Assembly: GCA_944389455.1 (NCBI GenBank)
Contig: CALXMK010000007.1
Coordinates: 19,637-83,636 of the forward strand
Direction of reading: 5' to 3'
Length of the DNA: 64,000 bases
DNA from: an uncultured Verrucomicrobiota bacterium
GTDB taxonomy: Bacteria; Verrucomicrobiota; Verrucomicrobiia; Limisphaerales; UBA1412
Shown here: positions 47,365 through 57,381 of the stretch, piece by piece
How positions within the stretch are numbered: the first letter of the stretch is position 1
How the letters are laid out: each line of letters begins with the position of its first letter
The notes under the pieces: generated by a model
Told to the model about the DNA's origin: nothing
What the model saw: only the letters and a program-made list of their open reading frames with translations
The model's database searches: none
Position numbers and translations under genes: made by a program

Positions 47365-48183
47365 ATGGGTGGTTGGAAAGCAAAACTTTGGAATGATATT
47401 GCTGATGGGAAAAAATTCATCCTTTTTTCAGGTCCTTGTGTTATTGAGTCTGAAGCGTTATGTGATGAGATTGTTTCCCATTTAAAGTCGCTTTGTGATG
47501 AGTTAGGGATTCTTTATGTGTTTAAGGCTAGCTTTGATAAAGCAAATCGGACAAGTGCTGATTCGTTTAGAGGACCAGGAATGGATCTTGGAAAAGAGAT
47601 TTTGCAACGAATTGGAAGGGACTATGATGTACCAGTATTAAGTGATATTCACTCCCCAGAGCAAGCAGAAGAATTAGCCTCAGTTTTGGATGTGCTTCAA
47701 ATTCCAGCGTTTCTCTGCCGGCAGACTGATTTGGTGCAAGCTGCTGCCAGAACAGGAAAGATTATCAATCTCAAAAAAGGACAATTCCTTTCACCTCAGG
47801 AGATGGAACGAGTTGCGGAGAAGGCTGCAGAGGTTGGAAATAAAAAGATTCTTCTTACAGAAAGAGGCACAACTTTTGGATATAACAATTTGGTAGTGGA
47901 TATGCGTTCAATACCCATTATGAAGAGGATGGGGTATCCTGTTCTTTTTGATGCCACACATTCAGTACAATCTCCAGGTGGAGAAGGAAATAAAAGCGGA
48001 GGAGATCGCAAATTTGCTCCTTTATTGGCTAGAGCGGCGGTTTCTGTGGGGGCCAATGGTCTTTTTATAGAAACACATCCAGTGCCAGATAAGGCATTGA
48101 GTGATGGTCCCAATATGATTCCTTTGGCGAAAATGCGTGAAACATTAGAATATGCACTAAAAATTTGGGAAATAGTGAAATGA
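47365..48183 (+). CDS. kdsA: KDO-8-phosphate synthase
   Basis: GPCVIES, KASFDKANRTS, QIPAFLCRQT, KKGQFL, DATHSVQ. ATG 47365 preferred over track start 47326. Confidence 0.96.
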   Translation: MGGWKAKLWNDIADGKKFILFSGPCVIESEALCDEIVSHLKSLCDELGILYVFKASFDKANRTSADSFRGPGMDLGKEILQRIGRDYDVPVLSDIHSPEQAEELASVLDVLQIPAFLCRQTDLVQAAARTGKIINLKKGQFLSPQEMERVAEKAAEVGNKKILLTERGTTFGYNNLVVDMRSIPIMKRMGYPVLFDATHSVQSPGGEGNKSGGDRKFAPLLARAAVSVGANGLFIETHPVPDKALSDGPNMIPLAKMRETLEYALKIWEIVK

Positions 48184-48731
48184 GTTATACAATTTTTGAT
48201 AGTTTGCATCCAGAACTTCAAAATCGTTTTAAGAGAGTTAAATTATTTTTATCTGACGTTGACGGAGTTTTAACGGATGCGACCACATTGATGGGTAAGG
48301 GAATAGAACTGAAGAAATTCCATGTAATGGATGGTTTAGGATTGCGAATCCTGATGGAAAATGGGATTCAAGTAGGTTGGATTTCTAATAGACCATCGGA
48401 AGCAACAGCAGCCCGAGCAGAAGAGTTGGGAATAACGTTGTTATCACAGCAGAGAGGAGATAAAATCCTTTTTACAGAGGATATTTTGAAGAAGACCGGA
48501 CTCTCTTGGGAAGATACTTGCTATATCGGGGATGATATTGTAGATATTGGAATGTTTCGAAAGACTCCTTTGGCTATCGCTGTCAGGAATGCTCATCCAC
48601 TTCTTATAGAAATGGCTGATTATGTTACCATTAAAAAAGGAGGTAATGGGGCAATAAGAGAAGTTTGCGAATTAATTTTAATGGCACAGAATAAATGGGA
48701 TAATTTGGAGTTTTTTAAACGAGGATTGTGA
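48180..48731 (+). CDS. kdsC: KDO-8-phosphate phosphatase (HAD)
   Basis: DVDGVLTD, YIGDDIVD, GGNGAIRE; ATGA overlap with kdsA stop. Confidence 0.92.
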   Translation: MSYTIFDSLHPELQNRFKRVKLFLSDVDGVLTDATTLMGKGIELKKFHVMDGLGLRILMENGIQVGWISNRPSEATAARAEELGITLLSQQRGDKILFTEDILKKTGLSWEDTCYIGDDIVDIGMFRKTPLAIAVRNAHPLLIEMADYVTIKKGGNGAIREVCELILMAQNKWDNLEFFKRGL

Positions 48732-48734
48732 TTT

Positions 48735-50759
48735 TTGTTGAAGTTTATGCAGAGCAGACTCTTGGATAGCTGGAATAGAATTTTATTTTTTTTACTGTTT
48801 TTGGGAGTTTTTTTTATCGTTTTGGCGGAAGAAGATACTTCATCCAAATTGACAGGAAAAATACGAGGTTTCCAAATTCCGGAATATTATCCTATCAAAC
48901 AGGGACAAAAGTCTGCATTACGTTCACTCCTCATTGGGAAAGAAGCTCAACCTATGCAAGGAGGCAAGATATTCGTTTCTGGATTGAGGATTGAGTGTTA
49001 TGGGGAGACAGGTGAGACCAATACTGTTATTACTACAGAAGATTGTTTCTACCTTATATCTGAAAAGAAGGTCGTTTCGGATAAGGAGATTAGTCTTTGG
49101 CAGACGGATGAAACTTTCTCTATTCAAGGGAAGGGATTTCTTTGGGATCAAAAAGAATCTCTTCTTGTTCTTTCCAATCAAGTTAAAACGCGAATTTCTA
49201 ATCTAGATATGAGTGATTTTTTATCTGGATCAGCAACATCGGGTAAGGTTCAGGTTAGTGCAGATGAATTTATCTTTGATCAAAAAAAGAGTAATGCGCA
49301 ATATAGCGGGAATGTATCTGTTTTTGGGGAACAAATGTTTTTAAATTGTGATAAATTATGGCTTATTTCTGCCGATTCTAAAAATGGTTTTAAACAGATA
49401 TCCGGAGAAGGAAAGGTGAATATGCGTTCGGATAAGCCGGATCATATTTTTTCCGCTCAGGGTGAGCATTTTATTTATGTTCGAGAACAGAATGAGTTAG
49501 CTATTTCTGGAGATGTTCGCTGGGAATCAGAGGGACAAAGAGGAAGAGCGGATTTTGCTACATTGCGTCAAAATGGGAATGAGCTTTCTGCGACTGGGAA
49601 TGTGCGAATGGAAATCCAAAAGAACGAAATTGATCTAAAAGAGTTGGTTGGAATTCCCATGGCAAAAGATAATATGAATCGTACAGATTTCCTTGTTTCA
49701 GAATCTGATAATTTTAATTCTTTAGATAATACTATTACGCTTTTTGGGAATGTACTTATAAGAGATGGGGATGCAGCATTAAATTGTGATACTCTTAATA
49801 TTATTTTTAGGCGTTCTCAAGAAGAGGAGACAGATAGAAGAGGAAATTCAAAAGATGCTTCAAGGAGTGTTAAAAATTCTGTAGATAAGATTGAGAAAAT
49901 AGAAGCACTTGGAAATGTGAAGATTTCTCAATATGATCATCGTATTGAAACAAAAAGAGCACTTTATCAAACAGAGGAATCAGTTGTAATCTTTGAAGAA
50001 AAGGTCAGATGGTTTTCAGATGAGCTTTCAGGGGAATCTGATCAACTATGTATGTGGAGTAAACCACAACATGCTGAGGCAATTGGGAATGTCATTGTTA
50101 TCATTCCTGTAGAAGGACATATTCAGCCTTTGGAATTGTTTGGTCCTGAGGTTGATTCTAGTCTTAAAGGGAAGGAAATTAATACTAATCGAGTCACGTC
50201 TTTAAGTGCTCAGGAATTGCAGATTGTTAGTGAAAAAATGTATGTAGATGAAACAATGGTAGTTTTCGAAAAAAAGACTGCTGCAGAAATCTTGCCTGCA
50301 ATTACAGAAAAAACTACAATGCAAACAGATAAGTTACAACTGAATTTTAAAGACGAAACCTTAGAAGATGAGACTAAAACTAAAAAGCGCTTTTTAGATT
50401 CTATTTTGGCTGATGGTAATTTGCTGATAGAACAGGTAATTCTTAAACCAGATACTAAGAAACAACGAATGAAGGCCAATCGAATGTTGATTACAATGGA
50501 TCAAGAAGCAGGTACAATAAAAGATGTACTGGCGGAAAAGAATGTTTTGATGGAACAAGAGAATGTGAAAGCAAAAGGCGAAAGAGCTTTTTTTGAAACA
50601 AAAACACAGTTATTAGAATTAACAGGAAATCCAGTGGCTCAAATGCCTAAAGGTACTCTTTATGCGGAGAAAATGGTTTGGGATCGCAAAGAACAGGTAT
50701 TTAGGGGAGTTTCAAAATTTAGAATTGAGGGAGAGGTAGTAGAAGATGAATTCCGATAA
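48735..50759 (+). CDS. LptC-like domain fused to multiple LptA/OstA-like repeats (start may be ATG 48747)
   Basis: Lies between kdsC and lptB where lptC and lptA normally sit; N-terminal TM; repeated GNV-type beta-jellyroll segments; 674 aa. Confidence 0.7.
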   Translation: MLKFMQSRLLDSWNRILFFLLFLGVFFIVLAEEDTSSKLTGKIRGFQIPEYYPIKQGQKSALRSLLIGKEAQPMQGGKIFVSGLRIECYGETGETNTVITTEDCFYLISEKKVVSDKEISLWQTDETFSIQGKGFLWDQKESLLVLSNQVKTRISNLDMSDFLSGSATSGKVQVSADEFIFDQKKSNAQYSGNVSVFGEQMFLNCDKLWLISADSKNGFKQISGEGKVNMRSDKPDHIFSAQGEHFIYVREQNELAISGDVRWESEGQRGRADFATLRQNGNELSATGNVRMEIQKNEIDLKELVGIPMAKDNMNRTDFLVSESDNFNSLDNTITLFGNVLIRDGDAALNCDTLNIIFRRSQEEETDRRGNSKDASRSVKNSVDKIEKIEALGNVKISQYDHRIETKRALYQTEESVVIFEEKVRWFSDELSGESDQLCMWSKPQHAEAIGNVIVIIPVEGHIQPLELFGPEVDSSLKGKEINTNRVTSLSAQELQIVSEKMYVDETMVVFEKKTAAEILPAITEKTTMQTDKLQLNFKDETLEDETKTKKRFLDSILADGNLLIEQVILKPDTKKQRMKANRMLITMDQEAGTIKDVLAEKNVLMEQENVKAKGERAFFETKTQLLELTGNPVAQMPKGTLYAEKMVWDRKEQVFRGVSKFRIEGEVVEDEFR

Positions 50760-51492
50760 AAAGAATGATAATTTATTGCTTTATGCTAAAAATTTAGTAA
50801 AAGTCTATAAAAATAGACCCGTTGTAAATGGAGTTTCGATTGGTGTGGCACCTGGCGAAATTGTTGGTTTATTGGGGCCTAATGGTGCGGGAAAAACAAC
50901 TTCTTTTAATATAGTAGTAGGGCTTGTTAGACCTGATTCTGGTGAGATTTTTTTCTCAGGGAAAGAGATAAGCAGTCTGCCAATGCATCGTCGTGCTCAG
51001 TTGGGGATGGGATACTTAACACAAGAACCTTCTGTTTTTAGAAAATTAACAGTAGAGCAGAATATATTGGCAATTTTAGAAACATTTAAAATTAGTAAGG
51101 AAGAACGAAAAGCTCGTTTACAGCTTCTTCTTAATGAATTGGATTTGGAGCGTCTTTCTAAAAGTATGGCTTATACGTTAAGTGGCGGGGAAAAAAGGAG
51201 GCTTGAAATTACACGAGCACTTGTAACTAGTCCAAGGATTTTATTGTTAGATGAGCCTTTTAGCGGAATAGATCCTATTGCGGTTTATGACGTTCAAAAG
51301 ATTTTGAGGCGTTTAAGAGATCGTGGAATGGCAATTTTGATCACTGATCATAATGTAAGAGCAACACTTTCCCTAGTTGATCGAGGGTATATTATTCATC
51401 GAGGGGAAACTTTGGTTGAAGGAGATTCTTATTTTTTAGCTAATGATTCAAAGGCCAGAGAAATTTATCTTGGTCCGGAATTTAATCTCTAA
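50746..51492 (+). CDS. lptB: LPS export ABC transporter ATPase
   Basis: GPNGAGKTT, LSGGEKRRLEI, LLDEPFSGIDP, ITDHNVR. Confidence 0.95.
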   Translation: MNSDKKNDNLLLYAKNLVKVYKNRPVVNGVSIGVAPGEIVGLLGPNGAGKTTSFNIVVGLVRPDSGEIFFSGKEISSLPMHRRAQLGMGYLTQEPSVFRKLTVEQNILAILETFKISKEERKARLQLLLNELDLERLSKSMAYTLSGGEKRRLEITRALVTSPRILLLDEPFSGIDPIAVYDVQKILRRLRDRGMAILITDHNVRATLSLVDRGYIIHRGETLVEGDSYFLANDSKAREIYLGPEFNL

Positions 51493-51496
51493 AATC

Positions 51497-52513
51497 ATGA
51501 AAAAACCGAAATTTATTACAGTAGAAGCTTTTCAAACGAACTTTATTGAGTCTGGACAAGAACTTACTTTAGTTTGTGGAACTCAGAAGGATTTACAACG
51601 TCCTATTGCAGAACCTACGGTCAATCGACCTGGTTTTGCTCTTGCAGGTTTTATAAAACATTTTGCTTATCGTCGTATTCAGGCAATTGGAAGAGCTGAA
51701 TCAAGTTATTTGAGATCATTGACTCAGGAGGAGAGGAGAAAATGTTATGAGAGGATTTTTTCTTATAAAATTCCCTGTTTTGTTTTCTGTCGAGGTTTGA
51801 GGCCAGATCCTGAATTTATTGAAGCTGCTGTGGAAGCCAAAATTCCCGTTTTTCGCTGTCCATCGATTTCAATGCGCTTTGTAAGTTTAGCGACACATAC
51901 ACTAGATGAACTATTTGCCCCACGCAAATTGGAGATAGGCTGTATGATGGATATTTTAGGAGTAGGGGTTTTAATTAAAGGGAAAAGTGGAATTGGTAAA
52001 AGCGAATGTGTACTTTCTCTCTTAAAGTGGGGATATAGTTTGGTATCAGATGATGCAACAGAGTTGATGTTAACTGAGGGTAGAGAACTAATTGGTTCTC
52101 CTACTAAGGAGTCAAAAGATTTTATGGAAGTTCGAGGGATAGGTGTTATCAATGTGGCAGACATGTTTGGAATTAAAAGTATTAGAACTAAAAAGAGATT
52201 AGACATAGTGGTAACACTGGCCCCGTTAGAGGAAATGACAGAGATAGATCGATTGGGAAATAATACAAAGACAATTGAAATTATGGGGGTTAGATTGCCT
52301 CATTTAATTTTGCCGGTAAGTGCTGGGCGAGATACGGGACGATTGGTAGAAGTAGCTGCGTTTCAAACAAAACTTAGGGTTTCAGGGCATCCATCAGGAA
52401 CAGAGCAATATAATAAACGCATTAAAGAGAAGATGGAGAGGGAAAGAAAAATGAAAATGGAGGGTAAGTTACCGATATGGAATAAACTCTCACCGGGTAA
52501 ATGTTTGGAGTAA
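51497..52513 (+). CDS. hprK: HPr(Ser) kinase/phosphorylase
   Basis: NRPG, GKSGIGKSE, LVSDD, MEVRGIGVI, PVSAGR. ATG 51497 preferred. Confidence 0.92.
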   Translation: MKKPKFITVEAFQTNFIESGQELTLVCGTQKDLQRPIAEPTVNRPGFALAGFIKHFAYRRIQAIGRAESSYLRSLTQEERRKCYERIFSYKIPCFVFCRGLRPDPEFIEAAVEAKIPVFRCPSISMRFVSLATHTLDELFAPRKLEIGCMMDILGVGVLIKGKSGIGKSECVLSLLKWGYSLVSDDATELMLTEGRELIGSPTKESKDFMEVRGIGVINVADMFGIKSIRTKKRLDIVVTLAPLEEMTEIDRLGNNTKTIEIMGVRLPHLILPVSAGRDTGRLVEVAAFQTKLRVSGHPSGTEQYNKRIKEKMERERKMKMEGKLPIWNKLSPGKCLE

Positions 52514-52632
52514 ACTATTTAAAATTGGAGAGGTTTAATGAAAGTTTTTTAATGAGGCAGAGCTGTTTTATTAAAATTAATTTGGATTTAGCATTTTTAA
52601 TTTAATCAAATTCAAGGTATTGGAATTTTGGC

Positions 52633-53748
52633 ATGCGTGAGATAAGAAGTGATCGAGAGGTGTTAGAAGAGATATCCCATAAATTTCAAATTTATGGAGA
52701 GCTTTTACATGCGGAAGTTTGTAAAATAGGTCATATAAATGAAACTTATATTGCAGCTTATTATCAGGCAGGAACTCGAGTAAGATATATCCATCAAAGA
52801 ATTAATACAGATGTTTTTAAAAATCCTGATCACGTAATGGAAAATGTGATGAGAGTTACCAAGCATATTCGTGATACACTTCGAAAAAAACAGATAAAGG
52901 AGGTAACGCGGCGTACATTGACACTAGTTCCTACTCGTGATGGCTTGCCTTACTATAGAGATTGTTATGATAATTGTTGGAGAACTTATTTTTTAATAGA
53001 AGATACTCGTACTTATGATGTTGTTAAAAATGAACGACAGGCCTATCAAGCAGGAAAAGCTTTTGGTGAATTTCAGAATTATCTAATAAATTTAAAAGGG
53101 AATCGTTTGTATGACACTATTCCCAATTTTCATAATACACCTTTACGATTGGAAACTCTTTATAAGGCTATTGAAGAAGATAAATTCAATCGTGCAGCGG
53201 GTGTAAAACGAGAGATTAATTTTATTAAAAAACATGAAGCAATAGCTCCAATTTTAATTAGGGGACTTAAGGATGGAAGCATTCCAGAGCGAATTACGCA
53301 CAATGATACGAAGTTTAACAATGTAATGATGGATGTAAAGACAGATGAGGCAATGTGCGTAATTGATCTGGATACAGTGATGCCAGGAACTGTATTATAT
53401 GATTTTGGGGATATGGTTCGTACTACTACCAGTTCTACTACAGAAGATGAACTAAATCTTTCTAAAGTAAAAGCTAGAACTTCAATGTTTCAGTCATTGG
53501 CAAAGGGATATGTAGAGAACGCAGGATCTTTTCTTACGCCCAAAGAGAAGTCTTTGTTAACATTTGCAGGAAAATTGATAACTTATACAATAGCAATTCG
53601 TTTTTTGACAGATTATCTTAGCGGGGATGTTTATTTTCGTGTACATAGACCTTTTCATAATTTAGATCGTTGTCGTACACAGCTTAAATTAGTGGAATCT
53701 TTAGAAAGAAAAGAAGACGAATTTCAAAAATTTGTCGATTTATTGTGA
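52633..53748 (+). CDS. APH-family phosphotransferase (N-acetylhexosamine-1-kinase-like)
   Basis: GHINETY, QRINT, HNDTKFNN, IDLDTVMPG, YDFGD, RFLTDYL. Confidence 0.8.
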   Translation: MREIRSDREVLEEISHKFQIYGELLHAEVCKIGHINETYIAAYYQAGTRVRYIHQRINTDVFKNPDHVMENVMRVTKHIRDTLRKKQIKEVTRRTLTLVPTRDGLPYYRDCYDNCWRTYFLIEDTRTYDVVKNERQAYQAGKAFGEFQNYLINLKGNRLYDTIPNFHNTPLRLETLYKAIEEDKFNRAAGVKREINFIKKHEAIAPILIRGLKDGSIPERITHNDTKFNNVMMDVKTDEAMCVIDLDTVMPGTVLYDFGDMVRTTTSSTTEDELNLSKVKARTSMFQSLAKGYVENAGSFLTPKEKSLLTFAGKLITYTIAIRFLTDYLSGDVYFRVHRPFHNLDRCRTQLKLVESLERKEDEFQKFVDLL

Positions 53749-53785
53749 GAAATAATCATTAGTAAGTATAATCGATTGAGTAGTA

Positions 53786-54469
53786 ATGAGGATTTTAGTA
53801 ATCGAAGATGATGAAAAAATAGCGGCTTTTATCTCAAGGGGATTAAAGGAAAATGGCTATTCTGTAAAAATTGCTACTGATGGGCTTATGGGACAGTCAT
53901 TAGCAGAAATAGAGAATTATGATGCGATTGTTGTAGATGTTATGCTGCCGGGAAAAGATGGATTGGAGATAATTAAAGATTTACGGAAAAATAAAATTTC
54001 TACTCCAGCAATTTTCTTGAGTGCTAAATCTTCAGTGGATGATAGAATTGCTGGATTACAGGCTGGAGGCGATGATTATTTAGGAAAGCCATTTGCTATT
54101 AGTGAATTAACAGCTCGGATACAAGCTTTGATTCGCCGTTCTTCAGCACAAGTTAGTTCGGAACAGACTATGATTCTACAAGTAGCTGATTTAACATTGA
54201 ATTTGTTGACAAGAGAGGTGTATCGAGAAGGTAAAAAAATAGAGCTTCAAGCAAGGGAGTTTTCTCTTTTGGAGTATTTAATGAAAAACGCAGGTCGATG
54301 CGTAACTAAAACCCTTATACTCGAACATGTATGGGATTATAATTTTGATCCCCAGACGAATGTTGTAGATGTTTTAGTGTGCCGTCTTCGTAATAAAATA
54401 GATAAGAATTTTAAGGTTCCTCTAATTCATACTTTGAGAGGAATGGGGTATGTTCTCAAAGAAGATTAG
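53786..54469 (+). CDS. OmpR-family response regulator
   Basis: IEDD, DVMLPG, FLSAK, DDYLGKPF, TNVVDVLVCRLRNK, TLRGMGY. Confidence 0.95.
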   Translation: MRILVIEDDEKIAAFISRGLKENGYSVKIATDGLMGQSLAEIENYDAIVVDVMLPGKDGLEIIKDLRKNKISTPAIFLSAKSSVDDRIAGLQAGGDDYLGKPFAISELTARIQALIRRSSAQVSSEQTMILQVADLTLNLLTREVYREGKKIELQAREFSLLEYLMKNAGRCVTKTLILEHVWDYNFDPQTNVVDVLVCRLRNKIDKNFKVPLIHTLRGMGYVLKED

Positions 54470-55853
54470 GGGAAAACCGCAGAGAAGTTTTGCTTTAGAG
54501 CTTAACCTGCAATATACGCTTTTTTTTATTATAGCGGCATCTATTCTTTTCTATATAGCTTATAAAAATATCTATGATTATGTTCTCAATAGAGATAAAC
54601 AAGCACTTGCTGAGAGGGTGAGTGAATATAAAGATTGGTATGAAGGTGGATCTAAGCAGAGGTTGAATCAGCGTTTTCGCTCAGCATCAAGCTATGAGCA
54701 ACAAACCTATTATATCAGAATTACAGATTTTGCAGGAGATGTTTTTTTCCATACCGATCCTAATTTCCCAGAATCATATCCTTACAGTTTTTCAGGAGAT
54801 AAGGGATTAAATACAGTTTTATTTCCAATTGATCATTATAGTGGTGAGTGGCTTTTTGCTGCGGATAAATTATCCGATGGACTTGTGATGCATGTGGGTA
54901 AAAATGTAAATGATTCCATTCGTTTGTTAATTCAAATGCGTAACACTTTCATATTGATCATGATAGGCTCTTCATTGCTGGTTTTTAGTGGGGGAGCGTA
55001 TATGACGCGTTTGGCGTTGCAGCCTGTAAAAAACATGACTCAGATTGCGCAAAATATTATAGCGACAGGGAATTTAGACGATCGAGTTCCCTCTCATAGA
55101 AGACGTGATGAATTGGATAATTTAGCGCTCTTATTTAATAGTATGCTTGATAGAAATCAGAGTTTAATTCGTAGTATGAGAGAGGCTTTGGATAATGTAG
55201 GACATGACTTGAGAACACCTATGACTCGTTTGAGATCTTCTATGGAATGGGGGATACAAGCTGATAAAAATGATATTGAAAGGATGAGAGAGGCTTTAGA
55301 GGATGGATTGGAAGAAAGCGAACGTGTTTTGATGATTCTAAAGGTTTTGATGGATGTTTCTGAAGCTGAAGCCGGTATGCTCAAACTACATAAAGAAAAT
55401 TTCAATGCAAAAGTGCTTGTAGAACGAGTTATGGATCTTTATGAATTAGTAGCTGAAGATGCAGGAGTTATATTAAAAAGTGGCCCTTTAATTGATTTAC
55501 AGATTTGTGCGGATCAAACTAGGTTAGGACAGGTTTTATCAAACCTCGTTGATAATGCTGTCAAATACACCCCAGAGAAAGGTACTGTTACAGTTAGTAT
55601 GGAGAATAATACAGAGTTTTTGTCTTATAAAATAGAAGATACGGGTATAGGCATTCCGGATAATGAGCAATCTAAAATTTGGCAGAGACTCTATCGATGT
55701 GATGCAAGTCGTTCTAAGAAAGGGTTAGGACTTGGTCTTTGTATGGTAAAGGCAGTTGTGGAGGCTCATGGTGGAGTTGTAGAGCTGGTAAGTGTTAAAG
55801 GAAAAGGGAGTTGTTTTGCAATACGCCTTCCTCATGATGTTTTAAGTTCTTAA
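54450..55853 (+). CDS. HAMP-domain sensor histidine kinase
   Basis: Two TMs, HAMP, HDLRTP, NLVDNAVKY, DTGIG, GLGLGL. Confidence 0.95.
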   Translation: MFSKKIRGKPQRSFALELNLQYTLFFIIAASILFYIAYKNIYDYVLNRDKQALAERVSEYKDWYEGGSKQRLNQRFRSASSYEQQTYYIRITDFAGDVFFHTDPNFPESYPYSFSGDKGLNTVLFPIDHYSGEWLFAADKLSDGLVMHVGKNVNDSIRLLIQMRNTFILIMIGSSLLVFSGGAYMTRLALQPVKNMTQIAQNIIATGNLDDRVPSHRRRDELDNLALLFNSMLDRNQSLIRSMREALDNVGHDLRTPMTRLRSSMEWGIQADKNDIERMREALEDGLEESERVLMILKVLMDVSEAEAGMLKLHKENFNAKVLVERVMDLYELVAEDAGVILKSGPLIDLQICADQTRLGQVLSNLVDNAVKYTPEKGTVTVSMENNTEFLSYKIEDTGIGIPDNEQSKIWQRLYRCDASRSKKGLGLGLCMVKAVVEAHGGVVELVSVKGKGSCFAIRLPHDVLSS

Positions 55854-55869
55854 TAGGATCTTCTTTTTT

Positions 55870-56874
55870 TTATTTCTTTTTTGATGAAGAGGTGATTTTC
55901 GAAGTCCATTTTAGATAGTGACGAATGAGTGTGAAATTTTTATCTTCAGACAAATCCAATTCTAACCAGCCTCCGTCTTTTAACCATTGACATCCTGAAA
56001 GACTTGGACAAAGGAGAACATTAAATTGTTTCCAAATTTTAGCTTGTCGCAGAGCAAAGCTCATTTTAGAAACAGAGTTTCCCAAAAATTTAATATGAGG
56101 CATTCCTGCAAGAAGGTAAGAGATTTTAAGTATAATCTCAGTGTGGAGGTGTCCAATAATAGTTAAAACGATTCTTTTTCGGTTGAGAAGATGTTGTATG
56201 GAAGGTAATTCTGCAAGATAAGGAAGGGCAGTAGGATCATGACAGAAAAGGATAATTTTATCTTCAGAAGTTGTCATTAGAAGATGTGTATTAAGCTCTC
56301 TAAGATAATTGGTGCGTAATTTTTCCCATTGGCTAAGTTCTCCAGGAAGGATTTCTTTTTTTAAAATTGGCAGCATAAGTAATGTGGAGCAGATGCCGAT
56401 TAATCGCCATGAGCCTATTTGACGATGCCATACAGGGCGAAAATTAAGTTTTTCTTGTAAGAACTGCCAGCTTTCTAATCTTAATCCTCCATTTCCTCCA
56501 AAAAGGCTCATTTTTCCAATGTCATGATCTCCATGGATTGGGAGAAAATTATCTTTAAAGCGTTCTTGAATAAAATAGATGGCGTCTGTAATACTTTCTT
56601 TTACAGGAGGATAAGATGCTCCTATGTTAGCTGAATCACAACTGAAATCACCGCAAGCTACAACTAAATCAGCATCAGGGGCAACAGTTAAAAATTGAAA
56701 GAGTTTATTATTGTGAGCATAGGGGTGGCGCATCCAGAAAAAATGTCTAAAAATAAAAGCAATAAGTTTTAGGACTGGATTCCTCATTTTATGAATTTCA
56801 TTTTCACCTTCGTTTTGTTCTTTTTTACTGGCGTAGTGAATATCACTGAGGATGACAATTTTGTATGAACGCAT
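55870..56874 (-). CDS. Calcineurin-like metallophosphoesterase
   Basis: SDIHY, GDF, GDHD, FCH, GHLH. Confidence 0.8.
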   Translation of the reverse strand: MRSYKIVILSDIHYASKKEQNEGENEIHKMRNPVLKLIAFIFRHFFWMRHPYAHNNKLFQFLTVAPDADLVVACGDFSCDSANIGASYPPVKESITDAIYFIQERFKDNFLPIHGDHDIGKMSLFGGNGGLRLESWQFLQEKLNFRPVWHRQIGSWRLIGICSTLLMLPILKKEILPGELSQWEKLRTNYLRELNTHLLMTTSEDKIILFCHDPTALPYLAELPSIQHLLNRKRIVLTIIGHLHTEIILKISYLLAGMPHIKFLGNSVSKMSFALRQAKIWKQFNVLLCPSLSGCQWLKDGGWLELDLSEDKNFTLIRHYLKWTSKITSSSKKK

Positions 56875-56880
56875 GGAGAT

Positions 56881-57378
56881 CTATTGAATGAAGAACATAA
56901 GGAAAACTCCCCATGTTATTAGAATGAAAATAAAAATAAGCAGATAAAGACGGCGTCGGATAGAGATTTTCTCTCGTCTGGTTTTTTTAAATTCTAAACA
57001 ACTAATAGTATTTATTTGTTTTTCAGTTTGAGAGAGTGTTCCTTCTTGATCGTTTAGGGAAAAAATATTATAAAGTTTTCGAAAGTAGATACTGAGGTCT
57101 ATTTTCCCATCAGTACTTATGTTTTTTATCTCTTCTTGTTTTAAAGAACTTGAAGTGAGATCTTCTCTGACAGAGTTCTTTTTAAGAATAATATCTTCAT
57201 CTAAGTGAGAGGAGAAACTATCAGAAATTGCTGATGAGCTTGAGCTTTCATCAAAAGATTGTAATTTTGCAATTTCATTTTGAATGTTTTTTAGGTCTTC
57301 ATTTAGCTCCTGCTTTCTGGATTTTAATAGAGTAGGAAATTTTAAAGCTGAGGAACTAGATTTCTTAAACCATTTCAT
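56881..57378 (-). CDS. Hypothetical protein with short coiled coil and C-terminal TM anchor
   Basis: 165-aa ORF tightly packed in operon; terminal hydrophobic helix. Confidence 0.7.
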   Translation of the reverse strand: MKWFKKSSSSALKFPTLLKSRKQELNEDLKNIQNEIAKLQSFDESSSSSAISDSFSSHLDEDIILKKNSVREDLTSSSLKQEEIKNISTDGKIDLSIYFRKLYNIFSLNDQEGTLSQTEKQINTISCLEFKKTRREKISIRRRLYLLIFIFILITWGVFLMFFIQ

Positions 57379-57381
57379 TTC

